Source: an uncultured virus (IMG/VR IMGVR_UViG_3300012665_000884) (taxonomy: Duplodnaviria > Heunggongvirae > Uroviricota > Caudoviricetes). From it: a stretch of DNA of 64,000 nt. This document shows, piece after piece, positions 28,718 through 37,100 of this stretch. Made by a program: the position numbers and the translations under genes. Under the pieces are notes generated by a model that worked only from the letters and a program-made list of their open reading frames with translations, made no database searches and was not told the DNA's origin. The stretch lies in the IMG/VR virus record IMGVR_UViG_3300012665_000884, one strand, 5' to 3'. How positions within the stretch are numbered: position 1 is the first letter of the stretch; each line of letters begins with the position of its first letter.

Positions 28718-30645
28718 TGTCAATTTCAAACATCACAAGAACAAATACAGTTGATGAATGGCGCATCCAGACGAACCTGGCAGCTGCCGAACTTAACCAA
28801 TTAGAGACAGGAGATTATGATAAAATCTCAGGTAACTTTAACATTAAAGATACCGCAAACGTAGTTATCACATCTACTGGTACAGCACTTCAAGTTTCGA
28901 ATACTGCTCTATTTTCAACTGCCGTTATTATTGGTAAAGAACTTAGTCTTGGCGCACAAGAAAGTGCTACAGGTAACTTAGGTGTCGGTGGAACAACTTC
29001 CATTTACGGTACAGGCACAGGTTTGTATGTTGCTAATAACGTAATTTCTAATGGTAGTCTTGTTGTTAAGAATAGTATTGTTACTTCAAACGTAACCGTA
29101 AATTCTAATGTTGTTGTAGTTGGTACTGCTAATATCGGATATCTTGGAGTATCGAACACTGGTGTGTTCGGCAAATCAGTTACTATTGGTACATCTGCAA
29201 CAGTAGGAACAACTTTAGATGTTACTGGCAACACAACATCAGGAAACTTATATACAGCTAACGCAACACAGACAGGTTCATTGCGTGTTGGAACATGGGC
29301 ACAAATTGGCGATACCATTGTTGTAACTGCAAATACTGTTACTGGCAATTTATATGCCAATAATAGTATTGTCGCTGATAATGCAAGAATTACGAATAAC
29401 GTTACAGCATCTCATATTACTGCAAACGTTGTAGGCGATAACGCAAGAATTACAAATAACGTTACAGCATCTCATATCACAGCAAACGTTGTTGGTGATA
29501 ATGCAAGAATTACGAATAACGTAAGTGCTTCCCATGTCTTGGCAAACGTTGTTGGTGAAAATATTAGAATTACTGCAAATGGTACATTCAGCGAAACAAC
29601 AGCAACAACAATCAATGCTACGAATGCACGTATCACAGGAAACGCAAATACATTAAATATTTTAGTTACAGATACTGCCAATATTTGGAATCTGAGGGTC
29701 AACACTAATGCCGCTATACAGGGCACAATTGTTGCAACAGGAAATGGTACTTTCGGCAACGTTAATACATCAAATGCGGTTAGTGCTGGTACGATTAGAA
29801 CTACAGGCCGCGCAGATTTTGGCGGAGCAGTCACTGCACCATCAATAGAAACTCCAGCAGGTACAGGTGATGTGACTGTTGGTGGTAAATTGACAGTTAC
29901 AGGCGATTTTGTATTGAGTGGTGATATTGTTTATGACACTGATATTTTGACTGTCAGTTCGATCACTCCTATTACAACTACTGGTGCTGGTTACTTCGGT
30001 GTTTTTAGAGGTAACACAACTGGTGGTGTTGCGGGTCATAACGGTAGTTCCAACTCTAATGCCAACGCATATATTCGTTGGAGTGCTACTGCAAACAATT
30101 GGCAGATTCGTGATGTATTCAATAGTGATTCTGCAACTTCATATTCCAAAGTTCTTACTGCTAATCTGATTACTGACAGTGCAACAACAACAAGTTCATC
30201 ATTGATTGCTAGTGCTTCGGCAGTTAAGACTGTGAATGATGCTACAGTTAAGTTGAATCCTGTTGGACCACAAACAATCACAAACAACGTTGAAGTTCGT
30301 GGATACACTAAATCAAACGGATTTATATCCGTACAACAAACAGTTACGCCAGCAACAACTACAAATTTGGACTTGGCGACATATGATAATTTTATTATCA
30401 CACTAGATAAAAATATAACATTTACCGTAAGTAACTTAGCGACCAAGATTGGTAGTTCTGGAATTATTGTTTTAAGACAAAACGGCACAGGCGGTTGGTC
30501 ATTCACGAAAGCGTCAGAAATGAAATCGCCTTTGGGTGGTGCGACAATTGCACAACAAACCGCAGCAAGCACAACATCCATAATTTCTTATTATGTTGTT
30601 GATTCGTCAACAATGTTAATTTCTTATCTGGGCAATTTTGCATGA
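28717..30645 (+). CDS. fibre-like structural protein
   Basis: NTVDEWRIQTN N-terminus, beta-rich T/N/V/G repeats, C-terminal globular domain. Confidence 0.7.
   Translation: MSISNITRTNTVDEWRIQTNLAAAELNQLETGDYDKISGNFNIKDTANVVITSTGTALQVSNTALFSTAVIIGKELSLGAQESATGNLGVGGTTSIYGTGTGLYVANNVISNGSLVVKNSIVTSNVTVNSNVVVVGTANIGYLGVSNTGVFGKSVTIGTSATVGTTLDVTGNTTSGNLYTANATQTGSLRVGTWAQIGDTIVVTANTVTGNLYANNSIVADNARITNNVTASHITANVVGDNARITNNVTASHITANVVGDNARITNNVSASHVLANVVGENIRITANGTFSETTATTINATNARITGNANTLNILVTDTANIWNLRVNTNAAIQGTIVATGNGTFGNVNTSNAVSAGTIRTTGRADFGGAVTAPSIETPAGTGDVTVGGKLTVTGDFVLSGDIVYDTDILTVSSITPITTTGAGYFGVFRGNTTGGVAGHNGSSNSNANAYIRWSATANNWQIRDVFNSDSATSYSKVLTANLITDSATTTSSSLIASASAVKTVNDATVKLNPVGPQTITNNVEVRGYTKSNGFISVQQTVTPATTTNLDLATYDNFIITLDKNITFTVSNLATKIGSSGIIVLRQNGTGGWSFTKASEMKSPLGGATIAQQTAASTTSIISYYVVDSSTMLISYLGNFA
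29377..29556 (+). repeat. three tandem 60-bp coding repeats (DNARITNNVTASHITANVVG)
   Basis: Directly visible near-identical repeats. Confidence 0.9.
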
Positions 30646-31499
30646 TAAATCTTGCCTTGTTTGGCGGTGATTATAGTTGGAATACTGAAGTAACAACCAC
30701 TAGAAGTACTACAACACAATGGTCAACAAGTCAAAGTACAACTACATCTTGGTCCACAAGTCAAAGCACAACTACATCTTGGACAACTAACCGTTCAACC
30801 ACAGTTTCTTGGTCGACAGCTTGGAATACAAGCCAAGCAACGACAACATCGTGGAATACAAGTCGTGCAACAACTACAACTTGGACAACCAGCCAAGCAA
30901 CGACAACTTCTTGGACAACAAGTAGAGGTACAAGTCAGATTACGTCCACAAGTTGGACAACGAGCCAAGCAACTACAACTTCTTTCACGACAAGTAGGGG
31001 CACAAGTCAAAGCACAACCACATCTTGGACAACTTCTTGGTCAACTGCATATCAAACATATGTTGATGAGAGTTACGTTGAAGAGGGATATATTCAGGCT
31101 TTGGCATCACGAAGTACTAGCCGAGGAACAAGTCAAAGTACCACAACTTCTTGGACAACTTCTTTCACCACAAGTCAGAGTACCACAACTTCTTGGACAA
31201 CTAGCCAGAATACAACAACTTCCTGGACAACTTCTTGGACAACAAGTCAGAGTACCACAACTTCTTGGTCAACAAGTCAGAGTACCACAACGACATGGAC
31301 GACTAGCCAAAGTACAACTACGACTTGGTCAACAAGCCAAATCACATCATCGACATGGACAACTTATTGGACAACTAGCCAAAGTACCACTACGACATGG
31401 ACGACTAGCCAAAGTACCACTACGACATGGACGACTAGCCAAAGTACCACAACTTCTTGGATCACTATAAGACTAACGAACTTCTATCAAGGTTATTAA
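30642..31499 (+). CDS. Thr/Ser/Trp repeat protein (W-T-T-S-Q-S-T-T-T-S 10-mers) with mirror-symmetric arms
   Basis: 285 aa dominated by Thr/Ser; ATGA overlap with upstream gene. Confidence 0.85.
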   Translation: MINLALFGGDYSWNTEVTTTRSTTTQWSTSQSTTTSWSTSQSTTTSWTTNRSTTVSWSTAWNTSQATTTSWNTSRATTTTWTTSQATTTSWTTSRGTSQITSTSWTTSQATTTSFTTSRGTSQSTTTSWTTSWSTAYQTYVDESYVEEGYIQALASRSTSRGTSQSTTTSWTTSFTTSQSTTTSWTTSQNTTTSWTTSWTTSQSTTTSWSTSQSTTTTWTTSQSTTTTWSTSQITSSTWTTYWTTSQSTTTTWTTSQSTTTTWTTSQSTTTSWITIRLTNFYQGY

Positions 31500-31514
31500 T
31501 TATGTTATGTGACT

Positions 31515-32255
31515 ATGAAAAAGCCTTTTTATAAAGCGATAATGTTGGTGTTGGCGTCAGACAATGCACCAATTTATAAAGAACTAAGAAAAGTCTATCA
31601 AGCATATTTGCATGAAAATGCAAATATAAAAGTGTTTATGGTTTATGGTGATGGTACAGAGTTTGATGCAACTGAGGATGACCTGATTTATCCTGATGTT
31701 CCTGAGAACTATTATCCTGGAATGATTACAAAAACAATCAAAGCCATACAACATATTGATGAAAATTATGATTATGATTTTTTGATTCGAACCAATATTA
31801 GTACATTCTGGGATTTTGATAGACTGCTAAAGAGACTTGATATACAACCCTTAGAAAATTGTTTTACTGGCACAATCAGAGGCTGCAAGCATAAGGGTGA
31901 GGCATCACCACAATATATCTCTGGTACAAATTTAGTCCTCAGTAGGGACTTGGTTGTAAAAATGATTTCCCACAAAGATGAATTGTTAGGTTGGGATTTA
32001 CCTGAAGATTGGGCAATGAGTAAATTCTTTATAGATTCCGGTTTAAAACCTAGAGCAAGTCTTCCTGGTGCTATACACTTTATGGAACAATTCAAAAGTG
32101 TTGATGAACATCCAATACTATCGGAAATAGAAATTGCCAGAAAAATGAATCATGACAATTTCAGGATTAAAAATAATCATGATAGATTAAATATTGATGT
32201 TGCTGTGGCAAAAATACTTCTCCGAGAGTATTATGGAAAGACTATAAATAAATGA
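31515..32255 (+). CDS. putative glycosyltransferase (GT-A, GT31/fringe-like)
   Basis: KTIKAI..YDYDFLIRTNISTF..YISGT..LSRD..EDWAM resembles galactosyltransferase-like folds; start may be GTG 31509. Confidence 0.55.
   Translation: MKKPFYKAIMLVLASDNAPIYKELRKVYQAYLHENANIKVFMVYGDGTEFDATEDDLIYPDVPENYYPGMITKTIKAIQHIDENYDYDFLIRTNISTFWDFDRLLKRLDIQPLENCFTGTIRGCKHKGEASPQYISGTNLVLSRDLVVKMISHKDELLGWDLPEDWAMSKFFIDSGLKPRASLPGAIHFMEQFKSVDEHPILSEIEIARKMNHDNFRIKNNHDRLNIDVAVAKILLREYYGKTINK
32243..32250 (+). promoter_or_regulatory. T4-type late promoter
   Basis: Perfect TATAAATA upstream of the 32280 ORF. Confidence 0.7.
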
Positions 32256-32279
32256 ACGTGAATCAACAGGAGTATTATC

Positions 32280-33167
32280 ATGGAAATGTTTAACAAAGCG
32301 GCAATGAATGAGAGAATTGGTGATAAAATTGAAAAGAGTTCGACACTCTATCACCTTAAAGAAGTTGAAAAGTATTTCTTGAATGCGGTGAAGAAATATA
32401 AAATCGAAGCATCATACGATGTAATTGCAAACGAACTCCCATATTTTAAGACATTCAATTATACGGAGTGGGCACATAGTTTCATTATTCATCCTCTCCA
32501 ACAAGATTTGAGAATGCAACAGATGCGTGATGCATACAACGACAATGCTGAGGTTAAAGTCGATTATGTACAATATTTTTCAGACAAGATTACAAATAAA
32601 CAATCCAACAAGTATACTCATTTGGTGAAAGACGAAACGAATGCTCCAAGGGAACATTTGGTGGTTCTTGTTGGTTCCAATAAATTAAAAGAACGTGTGT
32701 GTCTAAACAAGTTGATGTGGATTTCCAAAAAATATGAAGATGATGTTTACTTTAAACCACATCCGATGACAACACACGCATTGATTGGTGAATTAAAAGA
32801 TATCCTTGGTGAAGATAAAGTCTTACACCGAGATGCTGACATGTATGAATTTCTGCTAGAAGCAAAAACAATCCATACAACCACAATGACCGAATCTTTG
32901 GTATATGCAGTTTGTCTGGACAAAGAAGTTGATCCTGTGGATGTATACAATAAAGCCGAACAAGGATCATTCTATCATATCAACAAGTTCTTATTTGAAG
33001 AACAAAATCCTAAAGAGTGGATCAATCGTACATTTAATAGTCCAAAATGCGGAATTATCAACCCAGAAGTTGATTCTGATTGGAAAAACAAGATAGATTC
33101 ATATTTGGAATATATAAATACTGTAAGAAATTCATATAAAGATAAGTATATCTGGAGTAAAAAATAA
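32280..33167 (+). CDS. putative GT-B sugar transferase (KpsS/KpsC or sialyltransferase-like HP motif)
   Basis: VYFKPHP followed by D.YEFL.EA..I.T..TES...A..LDKEV; SD AGGAG. Confidence 0.5.
   Translation: MEMFNKAAMNERIGDKIEKSSTLYHLKEVEKYFLNAVKKYKIEASYDVIANELPYFKTFNYTEWAHSFIIHPLQQDLRMQQMRDAYNDNAEVKVDYVQYFSDKITNKQSNKYTHLVKDETNAPREHLVVLVGSNKLKERVCLNKLMWISKKYEDDVYFKPHPMTTHALIGELKDILGEDKVLHRDADMYEFLLEAKTIHTTTMTESLVYAVCLDKEVDPVDVYNKAEQGSFYHINKFLFEEQNPKEWINRTFNSPKCGIINPEVDSDWKNKIDSYLEYINTVRNSYKDKYIWSKK
33113..33120 (+). promoter_or_regulatory. T4-type late promoter
   Basis: Perfect TATAAATA upstream of 33168. Confidence 0.65.
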
Positions 33168-33602
33168 ATGGCACTAACAACTAGATCCGGCAAAGGCTCA
33201 CCATTAACAACCGCTGAATTGGACGCCAATTGGGGAATGTTCATTCGAACTGACACATCTGGTGCAATCTCAGGCTCATTAACTGTGACTGGTGATATCA
33301 CAGCATTCTACACATCCGATGAAAGATTGAAGAGTAAAATTGAAGTGATTCAAGACGCTTTGGCTAAAATTCGCCAAATTGATGGAGTCACTTTCGGTTG
33401 GAACGAACTTGTTCCCGAGAAAGATATGAATGTTCGTGAAGCTGGTGTATTGGCTCAACAAGTACAAAAAATTCTTCCTGAAGTTGTTACTGAAAGAAGT
33501 GATGGCTATTTGGCAGTTCACTATGAGAAAATGATTTCCATCTTGATTCAAGCAATTAAAGAGTTGGATGCTAAAGTGGATCAATTAGAGAAGAATAAAT
33601 AA
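33168..33602 (+). CDS. small protein with peptidase S74 intramolecular chaperone domain
   Basis: GDITAFYTSDERLK..GVLAQQVQKILPEVV..VHYEKM..LIQAIKEL. Confidence 0.85.
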   Translation: MALTTRSGKGSPLTTAELDANWGMFIRTDTSGAISGSLTVTGDITAFYTSDERLKSKIEVIQDALAKIRQIDGVTFGWNELVPEKDMNVREAGVLAQQVQKILPEVVTERSDGYLAVHYEKMISILIQAIKELDAKVDQLEKNK

Positions 33603-33605
33603 CAA

Positions 33606-33938
33606 ATGGCAGCATTCACAGAATTAGTAATTGAGCAGGGCGCAACATTCAATACAACATTGAATGTGTCTGACACCAATGGAGATGCAATAAATCTCTA
33701 CGCTTATACTGCCAACTCACAGATGCGTAAATCATATTACTCTTCTTCAGCGACAACGATTAGAACTGCCGTAACTGGAATCGCTAATGGAGAAATCACA
33801 CTGTCGATTACGGCAGCAAACACAGCCAGTATCAGTGCCGGCAGATATGTGTTTGATGTGAAAATTACATCACCTAACCAAGAAGTATCAAGGGTCGTTG
33901 AAGGCATTGCTACTGTATTACCATCTGTGACGAGGTAA
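33606..33938 (+). CDS. conserved virion structural protein (Ig-like, IEQGATF motif)
   Basis: LVIEQGATF..SQMRKSY..GRYVFDV..RVVEG. Confidence 0.75.
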   Translation: MAAFTELVIEQGATFNTTLNVSDTNGDAINLYAYTANSQMRKSYYSSSATTIRTAVTGIANGEITLSITAANTASISAGRYVFDVKITSPNQEVSRVVEGIATVLPSVTR

Positions 33939-33941
33939 CAT

Positions 33942-34169
33942 ATGTCAATTGGAAAAGTAGTAGTTCGTTCAACCAACCGCACAATGGTTGCGGATCCAAA
34001 GTATAAACCAAAACCTAACGTAGCGATTACGGAAATCACAGGTTTCGATGTTGCCGTTCGGGCAGACAGGGATGTTTTGCTTTATGATGCGGACACTGGA
34101 AACTTTGTCGCTGGTCCAATTGATGGCGCAGGACTATCCATTAGTCGTGTTGATGGCGGTAAATTCTAA
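33942..34169 (+). CDS. small hypothetical virion protein
   Basis: 75 aa, VLLYD..TGNF and C-terminal DGGKF; SD GAGG. Confidence 0.65.
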   Translation: MSIGKVVVRSTNRTMVADPKYKPKPNVAITEITGFDVAVRADRDVLLYDADTGNFVAGPIDGAGLSISRVDGGKF

Positions 34170-34183
34170 CAAAGAGAATAAAA

Positions 34184-37100
34184 GTGGCAAATACAGTAAT
34201 TCTATTAAAATATTCTGTTGTAACAGAAAAACCAACATCACTTAATACTGCTGAACCAGCATATTCTGATGTAACGGATGTCCTATGGATTGGAGACAAT
34301 ACTGGAGTTGTTGCTATTGGCGGTAAAGCATACACACAAATTGTTGATGCTAGAACGGCAAATAATACATCAAACACATTAGTGTTACGCAATACATCAG
34401 GAAATTTTGCCGCGAATGTCATTACTGCAAATTTAACTGGTCGATTTACTAATGCAAGAAATATTGCACTATCTGGCAAAGTTACAGGTAATGCAGATTT
34501 TGACGGTTCACAAAACATAACAATTACCACAGAACTGTTAGACACAGCAGTTACTCCTGGCAGTTATGGTTCAACCACAAAAATTCCAACATTCTCTGTT
34601 GATGTTGATGGTCGTTTGACATATGCAGCCAACGTTGATGTTGCTACAACATTCAGTTATGCCGCCGACAACGGCACAGGAAGTTTAAGTCTTCTTACAG
34701 ATTCGTTCATCATTAAAGGTGGTGACGGCATTTCTTCTGTTGGCGTTGATGCCAACAACACAGTCATCCTTGATGTTGATAGTACTGTAGTTAAGACAGA
34801 CCGTTCTTCACAGACTATCAATGGTGATATTGCTATTACAGGTAACTTGATTGTTTCAGGTAATACAATCACACAAGACGTTGAAACAATTCGCACCGAA
34901 GATTCGTTGATTCAGTTAGCCAATAATAATCTTGGCGATGCACTTGACATTGGTTTCTATGGTCAATATACAAACAGCGGTACAAAGTATGCTGGTTTGA
35001 TCCGTGATGCATCCGATGGCAATTTCAAATTATTTGTTGGCGAAACTACTGATCCAACATCAAACGTTGTATCATATGGCACAGAGAATCGTGCAACATT
35101 AGAAACTAACATTACTGGCGGTAATGTACATACCTTATACTCTGCGGTTTTGACAACAGATGGTGGTACAGGAATTAGAACATATGCAACTGGTGATTTT
35201 ATTTACGCCAGTGGCACAGACACATTAAGCAAATTAACTAAGCCATCAGTACCGTCCATTCTTTCTATGGACTCATCGGGTGTTCCAACTTGGGTAGATA
35301 CACTATCTGTTGCTGAAGGTGGTACAGGAAATACAACATTCACTTCTAATCAAGTTGTGATTGGTAATGGCACAAGTGCATTGAGTACGTTGGTATCATC
35401 AACACAAGGACACATCCTTCAAGTTAATGGTTCTGGACAAGCATCTTATGGACACTTGAATGGTAATACAACCATCATTCAACTAAAACGATATCCTGAT
35501 TATGGTGTAATTCCAGCGGCGGCTAATTTGTCTTACGGCGAATTGGCGTTGAACTACAATGACGGTAAGTTGTACTATAAGAATGCTGATGGCACTACAG
35601 TCAAGATGGTTAAGACTGAGGCTGATCCTGGTGGCAATACAACTGAAGTACAGTTCAATACAAATTCGGACTTTGATGGATCAGCAAACTTTACATATAC
35701 AAAAGCGACAGATACATTAAATATACTGAATTTAAATGTGTCCAACAATGCTGAAGCGCAACATATTATCGTTCACGATAAACTGTATGCTGGTATTGCA
35801 ACACAATCTGCTACACCGCTACCGAACTTAATTGCACAGTTTACAAGTAACTCGTCAACATACACTCAAGTTAACCAACAAAACATTTCTCCTAACGGCT
35901 CGGCAGATTTTGTTATCACAGCAGACGTAGGTGACGATGAAAAATTCTATACCGATCTTGGTATGGCTGGCAGTCAATATAACTTCTATGAAGGTTACGA
36001 AACACCATTTGAGCCATTAACTGGTTACTTCCTTGTTCAGGGTAATACCGGACAAGTTGGTGGTAACATGATTATTGGTACCACAACACCAAGTACAAAC
36101 ATTAGATTCTTGGTTGGTGGTTTTGAGAATGCAAACGTCATTCTAAATTTAGATGAATCTGGTTTAGATATTGTTCGTGGTGAATTGACAAGCGCAACAA
36201 CAACTCGCATTTTCAACGTAGCAAACGCCGCATTTGGCCAAGCAAACGCCGCATTTGGCCAAGCAAACAATTCTTTTGGAGTTGCCAATTCAGGTTTCGC
36301 TCAAGCAAACAATGCGTTCGGTCATGCCAACAATTCATATAATCGTGCGAACTCCGGATTCTATCAAGCAAATATTGCTTATGATAGTGCGAACTCTGGA
36401 TTCTACCAAGCAAATATTGCTTATGCACATGCGAATGCCGCCTTTGATGCGGCAAACGCTAAACTAATTTTCTCAAACATCTCAGCTAACGGCACAACGT
36501 TGGCAGCAGATGGTGGTGGCGATACACTCACAATTACGGCAGCAACGTCAAATGGTATTTTCATTAATGCCAACTCCGCAACAGATAGTTTTGATATTGG
36601 TCTTCTTGTAACTGGAGTAAGCGCTGGTTATTATGGTGCCGCTGATAAGATTGCAACTTTCAATGTTGGGACTGACGGTAGAATTATCTCCGCATCAAAT
36701 GTCCAGATTGATGTTGCAACAGCACAAAAAGCATACAATCAAGCAAATAGTGCTTTTGATGCCGCCAACACAGCAAATAGTTTCAATAGAGCAAACACTG
36801 GCGCCAGCATTATCCAAACAACACTTGCTTATCAAGCAAACGTTGGTGCTGGACGTATTGCAGATACACTAGCGTACCAAGCAAACGTTGGCGCTGGAGA
36901 TATTGTTGTAACAAATGCATATCAAGCAAACGTTGGCTCTGCCAGAATAGCAGATAGTGCTGCCGCACAAGCAAACACGGGTGCGGCATTAATTAGTGCC
37001 AAGTCATACACAGATACTGCTAATACAGATTTAAAGAACTACACTGACGTTCTGGTATCGACAGCTAATACAAATCTCAAAAATTACACAGATGTTACTG

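Noticed and set aside
30795..31470. Alternative-frame ORFs over the Thr/Ser protein (LLGQQ repeats; Cys-rich antisense)
   Set aside because: Shadows of a low-complexity repeat; no SD, and the main frame is coupled to the upstream gene
30642..31499. Ice-binding or ice-nucleation protein interpretation of the Thr-rich repeat
   Set aside because: Lacks the regular TxT solenoid or 16-mer ice-nucleation repeat; mirror symmetry fits a hairpin better, though ice activity cannot be excluded
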